64,000 nucleotides of DNA from Octopus sinensis (GCF_006345805.1 NC_043012.1:4712001-4776000), one strand, 5' to 3'. Positions 14,101 through 27,661 are shown, counted from the stretch's first letter. Notes: a model not told the origin generated them from the letters alone. Numbers and translations: made by a program.

Positions 14101-15007
14101 ATCAGTCTAAAAGAAATTGCAGTTCGAGTTAAAAGCGGTTTAACACGTAAGAATATCATACTCGAGTGTCAGTTATGTATTCCGTATGCCATGATATCGC
14201 AACAATGCATACCAATATTGTTAAATACATATCGGTACGGCAATGATATCAGTCTTAACCGAATCTGCGAAAATGTAGAAAAACAGATACGTTGATACAT
14301 GTAAATGGACACGTATCGATTTTGAATGTGAAAGATTTGATTGTGTGGTGCCTTGGGCAGGTGTCTTCTGCTATGACTCCAGGCCAACTAATACCTTGTG
14401 AATGAATGCGATAGACACATATATATAACAGTCCGTCGTATGTATGTATGCACGTATGTACGTATGTATGTATAAGACTATCTCTTTGGAATATTCCCTT
14501 TGAAATATTTATGACGTAGGAGACAATTGTTCCACTCTGTTTTAAATGTGTAAATTGTTGCCCAGGACTGTGTGAGCCTCTCAATGGCAGTAGTTAAGAT
14601 AGCAGGCACTGTTATTGAATGGAGATATTTCAGCTGCCATATGTAGGGAATAGAGTCAAATGACTTTCTATAATCAAGCCATATTGTTGGGAGGCCCCTA
14701 CTACATTTTTTAAACCTCAAACAGTACAGCTTTGTTCAGCGAAAGCGGTTCGATTCATCTCCGTACTCCCGATTCATCTTCCATCGGCCTGCTCATCAGT
14801 CACTATGTTGTTGCACTCATAATGATCCCAGAGGAATTAGTCGTGGCAGCTGGTGTACAGTTTATAACTAAGGTTTAGGCAAGCTCTGGTCCTGTAGTTT
14901 TTAGTCAACTCGTGGTTTCATTCTTGCAATATTTGCCCATGCTACAGCAAGCCAATTCGGTATGTCCATATGACCTTCCATATTACTTTGGAATATAATT
15001 AATTATT

Positions 15008-15230
15008 AGGCGGCGAGCTGGCAAAAACGTTAGCACGCCGACGGAATACCTAGCGTTATTTCGTCTGTCTTTACGTTCTGAGTTCAAATTCCACCGAGGT
15101 AGACTTTGCCTTACATCCTTGCGAGGTCGATAAAGTAAGTACCAGTTGCGTACTGGGTCGATGTAATCGACTGATCCCCACCCACCCCGAAAAAACTTTC
15201 GGGCCTTGTGTCTGAAGTAGAAAAGAACAT
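15008..15230 (+). mobile_element. SINE family B inserted in the LINE
   Basis: GGCGGCGAGCTGGCAAAAACGTTAGCACGCCG head; GAGTTCAAATTCC B box. Confidence 0.85.
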
Positions 15231-15759
15231 ACTGATTAGTGGTTTCCTGTAAAATGTCAGCCTCTTATACCAGGGTCCAACTATTAGGTCCCTTCCAAGT
15301 GCCTTCCTTCCATACAGCTTGTCTACAACTATGGTGAAGTTTCCGGGTCAATTGCATGTTTTGCTGTTGATGTTGGTACAGTATTCTTTCGTTACTTCTT
15401 TTAGCCACGATGCATTAAGGTTGAGATTCCTCTTTTTGTTCCAAAGTTTCCATCAGAATAATTCAAGATCGTCTTGGGAGGGGGATTTCTTAACGGTAAT
15501 GTTTTTTCTTCCTCATCTCTTTATATAATGTCTGTGGGTTAGAAGCAAACATGTAATTTATACAGGCTTGTTCAAAAATTCGCCTGTACTGGCGAAGATT
15601 TTCGGTCATTGCCGAGTTCGTGTCTTAGAGTAATTAACCTCCCCTCAAGACCTTGGCGTGAAGAGTCACCATAAAGTTTTGTGAATTTGTTAATAAGATG
15701 GAACTGACGAAGCGTAAATTCATTATTCCTCTTACATTTTCTTGTCATTGTTAACCATC

Positions 15760-16048
15760 AGGTGTGGCTGTGTGGAAAGTAGCTTGCTAACCAACCACAT
15801 GGTTCCGGGTTCAGTCCCACTGCGTGGCATCTTGGGCAAGTATCTTCTGCTATAGCCCCGGGCCGACCAATGCCTTGTGAGTGGATTTGGTAGACGGAAA
15901 CTGAAAGAAGCCTATATGTGTATGATAGAATAAGTACTGGGCTTACAAAGAATAAGTCCCGGGGTCGATTTGCTCGACTAAAGGCGGTGCTCCAGCATGG
16001 CCGCAGTCAAATGACTGAAACAAGTAAGAGAGTAAAAGAGTAAAAGAG
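15760..16048 (+). mobile_element. SINE family A inserted in the LINE
   Basis: Head and tail match family A. Confidence 0.85.
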
Positions 16049-17359
16049 TATCTAATATGGCGGCGTAGATCGTTGATGTTTTCTTCTAGTTTTGTTTTTC
16101 CATATCGGTTGCTTCCGTTTAATAGTTTCATTACCATGTTGTTGTAAAGTGGGTTCCTCCCACTGGTGTGATGTGTGACTGCCGTTGTACTGTAGTTGCT
16201 GTTTTATGCTAGCAGCTACAATAGTTACTAGTTATCGGATACCGTTGTATCACTTTGTAGCGGAATAGTAATACACTAACTTCTTCTGTCTTAATATCGC
16301 TGATAGTTCCACAAGACAGCGTCTAGAACTGTCGATTCTCAACTCTTCGATCCTCGACCTTCTCTTGACGACCGGCTACAGCTTTATTTATAATGGTTCA
16401 CACCTACCACTTTTTACCGGGAGAGGTATGTAGTTTCACTATACAACACATCTATACTGCAGATTTCTCCTAGTTGTCCTTTAAGAGTGATGGCAGCTGT
16501 ATATATGAGAGTATTAGTGTTCCAGTTATTAACATCACGTGATTTCATGTGCTCACCAGCGATATTGTCAATAACTTTCGACATAAGAGTTGTTGGATTG
16601 TTTTTGAATCTTTTCTGCGAACTGTGGTTTCAGGACATTTCTAAGTTGAGTATATTTCACAGCTGTCACTGTTGACTCAGTAACATTTGGAGAGACACGA
16701 GAATTTAATAATGTCGGCGGTTTTTTTTACATTATTGTTGACCTCTCCTCTGGCAGGTTTTGTCCAGTTTCCAGTGTTTTGAGAAGATCGATTACCATCA
16801 CGACGAGAAAGCCATTTCTTTTAAAAAAGATGCTTGTTGTCGAAGTTGTTTTGCGGGAAAGATGCTGAAGCTGGGGCAGGATTTTAACTACTTAGTATAT
16901 CCGATAGAAGGGTCTTCACGGGCTTTTTCGTAGCATCGAAGTAGATCTTGGTTTAGATGTAGAATCTAAGTAAAACGAGAAGAGAACTTATGTCTTGTTA
17001 GTTAGCTTACTGGTGCTGTAGTACTGTTTTCGTCGATGGTGGTGGTGTTAGTTTCAGCCATTATCGTGTCAGCGAAAACCCACGTGTTATAAGGTATATT
17101 TTTAAAATCTGAATAACACTACACTGGTAAGGAAAAGGTGTTTCTCTTATTTATAATGGGAGAAATAAACCAGATGCTAATTTAGGATGGAGCAGTCAGC
17201 ATAAATGCAGAAGGAGACACTCAAAAAACTATTTTAAATGGCTCTTTACGCTTCCACGTCTGATATTGGCACCGCCATCCCTGTATCTTTTTCTATGTAT
17301 GTGTGTATGTATGTATGTATGTATGTATGTATGTATGTATGTATGTATGCATGCATGCA

Positions 17360-17399
<40 letters not shown>

Positions 17400-17467
17400 C
17401 TCTATCTCTCTTTCTATCTATCTATCCCTCCATCCATCCATCCATCCATCCATCCATCCATCCATCC

Positions 17468-17499
<32 letters not shown>

Positions 17500-17506
17500 A
17501 TCTATC

Positions 17507-17603
<97 letters not shown>

Positions 17604-17642
17604 ATATCTATACTCACATATATATGCATGTACACGTGTATA

Positions 17643-17681
<39 letters not shown>

Positions 17682-18142
17682 ATATATATAATATATACTC
17701 ACACTCATGTATATACTAATTAGTATATATATATATATATATATATATACTGTATATATATATATATATATACTCACACTCATGTACATACTAAGTCGTT
17801 AAAAAGATATTGGGACGAATCATACCCCAGCTTGAGCATTTTTACCGCGAAACAGTACCTACATACTTAAATATATACATACATGCATACGTACATACAT
17901 ATATGTGTTTGTGTGTGAGTAGATTTGGCAAACGGAGAGGTCTGTCATGTGTGTGTGCGTGCGTATGCGTGGATGTGTTGTGTGTATGTGTGTGTGTCAT
18001 GTGTGTGTGTATATGCATATATATTCGTATATAATATGTATATACATATATATGTGTATATATATATATACACACATATATATTTCTATATATGTATATG
18101 TACACATATATACGTACGTATGTATATATATATATATATATA

Positions 18143-18366
18143 ACTGGCAGAAACGTTAGCACGCCTGGCGAAATGCGTAGCCGTATTTCGTCTGCCGTTA
18201 CGTTCTGAGTTGGAATTCCGCCGAGGTCGACTTTGCCTTTAATCCTTTCGGGGTCGATAAATTAAGTACCAGTTATGCACTGAGGTCGATGTAATCGAAT
18301 TAATCCGTTTGTCTGTCCTTGTTTGTCCCCTTTTTGTTTAGCCCCTTGTGGGTAATAAAGAAATAT
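18143..18366 (+). mobile_element. SINE family B
   Basis: Near full length, ending GTGGGTAATAAAGAAATA. Confidence 0.9.
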
Positions 18367-18629
18367 ATATATACACATATATATTTTTATATATGTATAT
18401 ACATATATATGTACACATATATAATTCATAAATACAATATATATACAGGTACACATACACACACATACGCATATATATATATATGTGTATATATATATAT
18501 ATATATTATATATATAATATATATATATATATATGTAAATATACATAAATATGTATATATATATGTATATGTATGTACATATATATAGATATGTATATAT
18601 ATATACATATATATATATATATGTATATA

Positions 18630-18686
<57 letters not shown>

Positions 18687-18744
18687 ATATATATATATAA
18701 TATATATATAGAGAGAGAGAGAGAGGAGGGAGAGAGAGAGAGAG

Positions 18745-19283
18745 AATTGAAGCTCCCCAAAGGTCAATCACAAAAAAGATAGATGGCATGTCAGACCTTG
18801 ACTACTGGGGTAGACTAGAGAAGCTGAAATTGTATTCATCCAACGACGCCGTGAACGCTACATTATCTGTATGATGTGGAAAATATTCCATCAGCACTGT
18901 CCGAATGATGTTGGCATCACCTTCAAAATGCATCCAAGGCTTGGACCACGTGCCATCCGTCCACAACAAAATCTAAATCGCATCACATAACGACAATACG
19001 GCACAACTATTTCACCTCAATTGGACCCGCTCTCTTCAACATTACACAGGACACGTCAAAAAAGAAACTGACCACACAAAATTCAAGAAGTCTTTGGACA
19101 AATTCCTTCAAACAGTACCGGACAACCACCCACACCCGGACATGTCTCCGCAAACAATAACTCTCTGCTCGAATGGGCCTTGGTGCCCAAATCCTGAACT
19201 GAAAGACTTCGCCAGGTGGTGCTATTAAGTTAGACATGGCCTGGGCCAATACTGGCCAAAAACCTTTCTAAGTTATTCTAAGT

Positions 19284-19284
<1 letters not shown>
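18745..19284 (+). mobile_element. CR1-group LINE 3' end (frameshifted)
   Basis: [76 protein letters not shown]; terminal TTCTAAGT x2. Confidence 0.85.
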
Positions 19285-19317
<33 letters not shown>

Positions 19318-19775
19318 ATGTATGTATGTATGTATGTATGTATGTATGTATGTATGTATGTATGCATGTATGTATGTAAAAGCAAGCATTTGCGTATTTC
19401 TTTAAAAAGTTACTTACCTTCGTGTTAATGCCGAAATGTAAATTCAGAAAAATATACTTCCTACGTTTTGAATGAATCAAAATGTCCATTTGTTCTCCAT
19501 AGAAAAGAGATCATTCTTTGTTCCCCTTCCTCTCCATGTTTGCATTTTATGATGTATATACGTCTAAGAATTTGGGAGTGTTTGGGGCGTGCGAACATTT
19601 GAAGTGCGTGCTTGTGAGTTTGTGTATGTGTGTGTATCTGTGTGTGTGTATGTGTGTATGTGTGTGTGTGTGTGTGTATCTGTGTGTGTATCTGTGTGTG
19701 TATCTGTGTGTGTGTATGTGTGTATGTGTGTGTGTGTGTGTGTGTATCTGTGTGTGTATCTGTGTGTGTGTATGT

Positions 19776-19811
<36 letters not shown>

Positions 19812-20807
19812 GTGTGTTTTTGTTCTTTTTGAACCACAGCCCGTCAGTGCTTGAGACGGCCTATATTAAAAGCTTAGAAAGAAAGGGTTCAAGATATAAC
19901 AATGCAAACGTCCTTTTAAGAATATCCTGAAATCCATTGTCCCATGTGACCTTCGATTAAGACAGGAAAAAGTCCATTTGAGTTGCAAAAAATTTGACTG
20001 CTATTTCTATAGGGTCGTGAGAACGTTTCGAACTTCCTTCGTTTTCTGTGTGTATGCGTATATGGGAACATATGTGTGTATTTGTGTATAGGCGAGTGAT
20101 CGTGTTCGCTCGGTCATGTGTATGAAAGTACGTATTTTTTGTTTGGTGTGTCTGTGTGAGAGTGAGAAATAATGGTCTCAAATTTAGGCACAAGGCCAGC
20201 AATTTCAGGGAGGGGATGGCGGTAAGTCGCTTACATCATCCCCAATACTGAGCCTTTGGTTTGGTGTGTCTGTGTTAAAGAGAGAAATGATGACAATTTA
20301 TGATTTAAATGTTTGCTTTTTAACTATCTTCTTTTTCATCTCTTTTTGGTTTTATATTTCTAGTTTTTCCTTTACAGGATAAGGAGACCCCTAAAGCATA
20401 CAAAATAAACAAACTTAATGTTTCAATGTTGAGGTTTATATTTTAAAATTACTTTATTTCTCTGTATGCGCATTCTCTCAACAGTAAAATACTTCAGCCC
20501 AGCTTATAATCATTGCGCAAACCTTCGACCGTTGACGGGTTCAGCCGTTATTAAGTTGTTACGCAACTGTGCTCACACGAAAATAAACCTTTGCAGGTAT
20601 AATATGGAGTGAGCTGTATAGAGAAACTGATAATTTCGTTCTTAGTTCTTCTGTTTCTCTATATATGTATGTGTGTGTGAGTGTGCATGTATATATTTGC
20701 GTATATATGTGCGGATTTGTATGTAAGTGTTTCCTTCACGAACTTTGTGTATGGTGTATGTGTGTGCAAACACATACATACATATACCTATTTCTTAACT
20801 ACCCACA

Positions 20808-21020
20808 AGGGCCTAAACATAGAGGGGTCAGACAAGGACAGACATAGGTATTAAGTCGATTACCTCGACCCCAGTGCGTAACTGGTACTTAATTTATCGA
20901 CCCCAAAAGGATGAAAAGCAAAGTCGACCTCGGCGGAATTTGAACTCACAACGTAACGGCAGACGAAATACCGCTAAGCATTTCGCCCGGCATGCTAACG
21001 TTTCTGCCAGATCGCCACCT
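20808..21020 (-). mobile_element. SINE family B
   Basis: Full reverse-complement copy. Confidence 0.85.
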
Positions 21021-21104
21021 CAATAACTAGAATATGAACAATAACAATATAAACCGCAGCAACATCACAAAAAAAATGAATATGTTACGTCATCAGATTA
21101 GCAG

Positions 21105-21500
21105 AAACGGAACTAAAGTGAAAGCATGCTTCTGAACCAATTGGTTCCGGGTTCAGTCCCACTGTGTGGCACCTTGGCCAGGTACCTTCTACTATAGCCT
21201 CGAGGCGATCAAAGCCTTCTCAGGGCATTTGGTAGACGGAAACTATGGCGGCGAGCTGGTAGAAACGTTAGCACGCCGGGCGAAATGCTTAGCGGTATTT
21301 CGTCTGTCTTTATGTTCTGAGTTCAAATTCCGCCGAGGTCGACTTTGCCTTTCATCCTTTCGGGGTCAATAAATTAAGTACCAGTTACGCACTGGGGTCG
21401 ATGTAATCCACTTAATACCTATGTCTGTCCTTGTTTGTCCCTTCTATGTTTAGCCCCTTGTGGGTAATAAAGAAATAGGAAACTGAAAGAAGCCCACCGT
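21105..21500 (+). mobile_element. SINE family A head with nested family B copy (21247-21478)
   Basis: GGAAACT duplicated at 21238-21244 and 21478-21484 around the B copy. Confidence 0.85.
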
Positions 21501-21514
21501 ATATATTATACGCA

Positions 21515-21885
21515 CGCATATTTTTCACTTGTTTCAGTTATTTGACTGCGGCCATGCTGGATCACCACCTTTAGTCGAAAAAAATCGACCCCAGGACTTA
21601 TTCTTTGTAAGCCTAGTGCTTATTCTATCGGTATCTTGTGCCGAACTGCTAAGTTACGGGGACGTAAACACACCGACATCGGGTGTCAAGCGATATGGTG
21701 GGGGACAAACACATACACATATACACATGACGGGTTTCGTTCAGTTTCCGTCTACCAAATCCACTCACAAGGCTTTGGTTGGCCTGAGGCTACAGTAGCA
21801 GACACTTGCCCAACGTGCCACACGATGGGACTGAACCAGTGGAACTGAACCCGGTTGGCAAGCAAGCTTCCTACCACACAGCCAT
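21515..21885 (-). mobile_element. SINE family A
   Basis: Reverse-complement copy. Confidence 0.8.
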
Positions 21886-22117
21886 CCTGTGTTATATATA
21901 TATATATACTCTTGATAGACCCGTCCCCAATGTCATTATACCACAGCTATTCTGACGAAGACCACGACGACGACGATAACTACAGATACCACCACCACCA
22001 CCACCATCACCACCACCACCAACAACAGCAATAACAACAACACCACCAAAACCAAAACTACTCCCAGAAAAGGAGCAAATTCCGTCCAAGTCGTGTGTTT
22101 GTGTGTGCATACGTGTG

Positions 22118-22148
<31 letters not shown>

Positions 22149-22656
22149 TTGTGTGTGTATATTTGTGTGTTTGTGTTTGTCCCCAAATTTCGCTTGACAA
22201 CAGATGGTGGTGTGTTTACGTTCCCCGTAATATAGTGGTTCGGCAAAAGGCACCGACAGAATAAGTACTAGGCTTACAAAAAATAAGTATTGGGGTCGAT
22301 TTGCTCGACTAAAGGCGGTGCTCCAGCATGGCTGCAGTCAAATGGCTGAAACAAGTAAAAGAGTAAAAGTGTATGTACAGGTATGCATAACATACTGCTT
22401 AAAAATCTGGACCGAAAATTAGTCAGCTGTCTGTCCACTCCCCTCCACCCCCAGGGCGATAATTAAATAAAAAAGGCGGGGAGGTGAAGGGGAGAAGTTG
22501 GTACAGGCTGTGTGCATCTGCACATTCCATGTCATTTGACTGTCGCAAAAGTGTTTTTTGCTTTGAAGCTAAACTTTTGTTTAGGATTTTTAATCTCAAC
22601 TTTTGAATGTTTGAATGGAACCCGGTTATTATATTCAGGTAATCTCGAATTTTGCT

Positions 22657-22742
<86 letters not shown>

Positions 22743-23171
22743 GGGAGAGAGATAGAGATAGGGGGGAAGAGAGAGAGAGAGGGGGGAGAGAACAATAGAA
22801 GAGTTTGCCTGAGGGATGTATGCATTATTACATACACAAATACACATACACTCACAGATAAATGCAGATACAAGCATAAATACATATATGCATAACATTT
22901 AATGTACACTGTATCAAAATAAGAGGTGTTGATAGTTTGTTGCCCCCGAGACACGTGATTTGTCAAAATTTTTATAACGCTCCTATGTTTGGCGTGATAA
23001 CTGCGTTGAGTGACTCGAAGCATTCTACATAAATATATATGCGTGACTGTATGGTAAGAAATTTACTAACCAACACATAGTTCCGGGTTCATATATATAA
23101 TATATAATATAATATATATATATATATATATGAGCGCCCACATAGTGGATTCTCTCTTATAGTTGTATATA

Positions 23172-23219
<48 letters not shown>

Positions 23220-23331
23220 TTAGAGACAAAACCACTATTATGCAAATCAAACAATGAAAGACTTAAGCCAATACATAAATTAATTTATATTATTTAGATA
23301 TGTAACAACATTAAAAAAAATATATTAATAT

Positions 23332-23394
23332 CCACTACGATCGTTTCCTGTCTTCTGTCATCAAATTTTTGAGTAGCAGACATTCATCAGGTGG
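23332..23394 (-). ncRNA. Type I hammerhead ribozyme motif
   Basis: Minus strand: CCAC-CTGATGA-A-TGTCT..AGACA-G-GAAA-CGATCG-TA-GTGG; palindromic helix III, GUA site, 4-bp stem I. Confidence 0.75.
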
Positions 23395-23941
23395 TTTCAA
23401 AATTTTCTTGGCGAGTTTTAAACAATATATATATATATATATGTTTATAATAGAGAGTTTGTGTGTGTGTGCGTGTATTCCTTATGCATTCGAAAACTGA
23501 GTTGCCGATTTTGACGTATGGGATATCAAAAGATTCAGTAATCTTTGGGCTACCAAATAGACTTTTTTTCATTTATATATTTTCTATGTTATCTCAACAA
23601 CCAGCTATAGTTATTTGAAAGACATTGCTCTACAGCAACCAGGTTTTTATTAGAAAGTGAAAATAGTTTCATACTTTCAATTTCAACCAAAATTACAGTG
23701 TTGTATCGCGAGAGTGACGATGAGTGAATAATGAAAAAATGTTTTTTCCGAATTAGTCACTCATTAAAAGACATCCAGTTCTCTAAATGTTATGAGGAAA
23801 TACAGTCACTCACTCTCTCTCTGTTTCTCTCACATGAACACGCACAATCACACACACACACATACACACAAAGCAGATGTATGCATATGTATTTTTGTAC
23901 GTGTGTATGAAAGACAAAATGTATGTGTGAGACAGAGAGAT

Positions 23942-23988
<47 letters not shown>

Positions 23989-24514
23989 GGAGCGATTGAC
24001 TGCCACTTACACATACATGCAAAAAATACATACATGACAACACATACCTTCACTCACTCACTCACTCACTCACTTTCTCTCACTCTCTCTCTCCCACGCA
24101 CACACAAGCACACGTCTATTTCCTATACACATCTTTCATTTTCTTCTCTCACTTCAAAGCAAATGTCACCTTTTCACTTTTCTCCTCTCTTTCAGAGTCT
24201 ACTCTTCTTCTTTTTACTGAAATTAACGAATAAATCATATGATCTCATATGATCGACCATATTATCGAGTTGACAACTTTGCTGCTTCAAACTAAAGAAT
24301 ACCCTAAAATAACTTCCTTTGGTACACACACACACACACACACATACACACAGACACCCTCCACTCACACACACACACACTCTAGGACAAACTTCTGTAC
24401 AAATTATGTTATTTCTTGCTCTGTGCACGCGCAAAATTACAGCTCAAATCCAATTGAAATTACCTTTTTCTATTCTGTAATTTGCGCTTGTGATAAACGT
24501 ATTTAAAACCCTGA

Positions 24515-25518
24515 TCTTCGATATAAACTTATAAGGAAGTTTCCCCAGAAATCCTGTCTTTTACCTGTTGTTTCCAGCATGTCCAAGGTGACATTTGGTC
24601 CCCCACCTTATTTTTTTCCTCAATTTCTTCTGTTTCCTAGGTTTTCAATACAGGAGATTAAGATTTCGCCCCCCAAACACGTTTTCAATATTTTAATTTC
24701 TCCCTTCTCACCCCACTTACATTTTAAAAACTTTTTTCCAAATAAAAGTATAGACTACGAATTTTTAAGAATTTCCTTTCGCTTTTCGTAAATAAACACC
24801 AAAGTCTCCTTCCCAAACATCCACTCACCACCTCACGGCTTTCAAAAAGTTACAAACTCCCAATGTTTAACTTTTATCTTTTTGGAAAGAAGGGAAGTTT
24901 CTTCAGAAATAATATCGTTTACCTGTTGTTTCTAGCATGTCTGGTTTTCTGGTGGTTGCCTGGTATTTTTTACATTTGCTATTTCAGTACAATTCTACGC
25001 ATGGGTGAAACATCAAACGAAAGTGAAACATTGAGAGATTTTAGCTTTTTTAAAGCGGATAGTTGATGGGTGGGCAAGGTGGAGTAAGGGGCACTGAGTG
25101 TTTCTTCAAGAAAATTAAGCTTAAAAAAAAATATTTCCCAGATTCGTAATCTCTGTATTTTCCTGCGTGGATAAAAAAATATTCGAAAAAAGTTACAAAT
25201 TAAGAAATTGCGGTGGGGACGGGGGGAAATATAAAAATTTTGACAACGGGATTCATGGGCAAAATCGTATTGACCCCCTTTTATTCGATGAAACAATATA
25301 TAGTTTGTGATCCTTCTTAAGAACAGAAAGCACTTTCATGCAAACACATGCAAATTGTACCCTCTCCTCTTAAGTTTAACACAGACAATAACTTCCATTA
25401 CTCCGGTAATCCAGTTCACTATATATCAGCTGTGCCGATTCTGCTCATGAGAAACGAAGAAATAATACAATGTGGCTGTTGGCCATAACACCCGGGCAAC
25501 GCCGGGGTGCATTACTAA
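24515..25518 (+). mobile_element. Non-autonomous Helitron
   Basis: 3' hairpin CCCGG-GCAACG-CCGGG (25491-25506) followed by CTAA (CTRR, 25515-25518) then T; candidate 5' A|TC at 24514/24515. The 5' end is less certain. Confidence 0.6.
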
Positions 25519-25524
25519 TGTGTT

Positions 25525-25560
<36 letters not shown>

Positions 25561-26132
25561 GCATGTGTCTGTGTTTATACCCCTGCACCATCGCTTGACA
25601 ACCGGAATTTACATCCCCGGGACTTAGCAGTTCGGCAAAAGGGTCGGATAGAATATGTACTTGGCTTACAAGGAATAAGTCCTGGGGTCGATTTCTTCAA
25701 CTAAAAAATCCTTTAAGGCGGTATTCCAGCATGGCCGCAGTCAAATGACTAAAGCAAGAAAAAACAATAAAAGAATACACACATATATTTATACATAAAT
25801 GCACACATAAATATATACATACACATACTCAAATACATAAACTCATTCACACATATGAAAAATAGCAAGTGGAGCTGCACTTTTTTTTTGCATAATTTCG
25901 ACTTATATCTCGAAAAGTTTATATAATTTTAAAATACGCTCAATATAAAAAAAAATTGTCATAAAATTTATTCCAACCGGTTTCAACACTACAGAGAATA
26001 GAATCTTTCGACTGACAAAAGGAGTTCACAGAATTTTCTCTTCCTAGTAGTGTGAATTCTAAAATGATGCATTCCCGAGTTTAAACCTTTGCTTATGCTG
26101 TTGTTTTCCTGAATGATGATTTCAACCCTTAT

Positions 26133-26170
<38 letters not shown>

Positions 26171-26178
26171 ATTATATC

Positions 26179-26498
26179 GTGGCACTCCGTCGGTTACGAC
26201 GACGAGGGTTCCAGTTGAAACGATCAACGGAACAGCCTTCTCGTGAAGTTAACGTGCAAGTGGCTGAGAAGTCCACATACACATATACGTTTAACAGGTA
26301 CAACAGAAACAGGAAGAAAGAGTGAGGCAAAATTGTGGTGAAAGATCACAGCAAGGTTCGCTACCAACCCACTGCCGGGGCCACGTGGAGCTTTAGGCGT
26401 TTTCGCTCAATAAGCACTCACAACGCCCGGTCTGGGAATCGAAACCGCGATCCTACGACAGCGAGTCCGCTGCCCTAACAACTGGACCATTGTGCCTC

Positions 26499-26500
<2 letters not shown>
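26179..26500 (-). mobile_element. SINE family C
   Basis: tRNA-like head GGCACAATGGTCCAGTTGTTAGGGCAGCGGACTCG..GGTTTCGATTCCCAGACC; 3' end GACGGAGTGCCAC. Confidence 0.85.
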
Positions 26501-26538
<38 letters not shown>

Positions 26539-26679
26539 CATACATACATACATATATGTATATATATATATACACACACATACATACACGCACACATTAC
26601 TATCTATCTATCTATGTCTGTGTACATACACACATACACACACACGCGCACACACACACATATTAACATTTGTTTTTAT

Positions 26680-27195
26680 GATATACTAAAACAGCATCCG
26701 CTCAACGAAGCCGAGCTTATGGAGGTGTTGATTGATGTTGCCGACAACGTACGAGTGCGCATGCTTGGCTGTTGTTCAACTATTTCAGTCAAGGCTTCAT
26801 CTTCCACAAGTCTTCCCGACCTTGGTTTGTCTTCGAGGCTGCTGTCACCTTCCTTGAAACGTCTGAACCAGTTTTGTGCCGCATGTTCGTTGACAGTTCA
26901 TGGGCCTTCCACATCATCAATTTCTTTTACCACTCTCTTTGCTCTCATTTTCTTTTCCATTTCCACAGGTAGCCAAAAACGGCTCCATTTGCAATTTTTT
27001 CACTGCTCATTGTTAATTCTGTAAAACAAAGAATACGTAATTAATGTTTATGTTATATATGAAAATCGAAATGAAACGATCCAGCAATGATTGAGTGAGT
27101 TGTACTAAATTAATGATATAACATGGAAAGACAAAATTGCCAAAACTAACCAGTAAAAATTCGAAAAATATCTTTTGATTCAACTTGATAATATA
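26680..27195 (-). mobile_element. Mariner transposon 5' fragment (transposase HTH region, stop codon present)
   Basis: KEIDDVEGP*TVNEHAAQNWFRRFKEGDSSLEDKPRSGRLVEDEALTEIVEQQPS..RTLS..INQHLHKLGFV; TIR-like end near 27195 is tentative. Confidence 0.85.
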
Positions 27196-27405
27196 TAAAT
27201 AAATATGTGAGTGTGTGCGTCTGTATAGATATATGTGTGTGTATGTATACATTTATGCATACATTGATCATTCATTTTTTATACTTTTTAAGATCTAGTT
27301 TTATGTTTTATAAAAATATTTTTTATTTGTTATTTATGTTTTGGTTTATGTCTATGATTGTTTGAGTTGCATAATAGTGGTTTTATCTCTAATTTATATT
27401 TTATG

Positions 27406-27440
<35 letters not shown>

Positions 27441-27473
27441 CTAACTGTTACTTTCTCAGATGCAGCACGGAAT

Positions 27474-27524
27474 TTTGTCAGTGAGCGGGTGGCGGTTTCA
27501 AAGCGACGAATATATTTTGGCAAA
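27474..27524 (+). ncRNA. Degenerate hammerhead-like motif with possible G3-C8 core
   Basis: Stem I TTTGTCA/TGGCAAA (7 bp); core GTGAGCG; stem II GTGGC/GCGAC; GAAT-ATAT-TT. Confidence 0.35.
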
Positions 27525-27661
27525 TTAAATGTAAATGGTGAAGTGAATCTAACGGTTTTTGTGTGTTTCTTATATGGCTTATAAACACCTTCCACGCTGC
27601 AATTGTTTTCGTTCCAGCACACTATCTCAGATCAGGTCATTTCCTATGCAAGTAAATCTCC

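Larger units (their letters stand above)
14460..17230 (-). mobile_element. R4/Dong-clade non-LTR retrotransposon (N-terminal region + RT, decayed, SINE-interrupted)
   Basis: Minus-strand peptides: CYEKAREDPSIGY..KQLRQQ; KLEENINDLRRHI; NLRQYRR..NYMFASNPQTLYKE; KALGRDLIVGPWYKRLT; IPNWL; NYRTRACLNLSYKLYTS; IWLDYRKSFDSIPY; KGIFQRDSL. Confidence 0.85.

Noticed and set aside
17240-17285. TTCCACGT resembling an HDV-ribozyme L3 loop near the R4/Dong 5' end
   Set aside because: It is on the wrong strand for the element and has no P3/P1 pairing.
20020-20050. GTTCGAAACGTTC motif on the minus strand
   Set aside because: No CUGANGA core upstream.
25970-26035. Minus-strand GAAACCGGTT palindrome with CTGTGA upstream
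   Set aside because: The core needs multiple indels and stem II is weak; at best a very old remnant.
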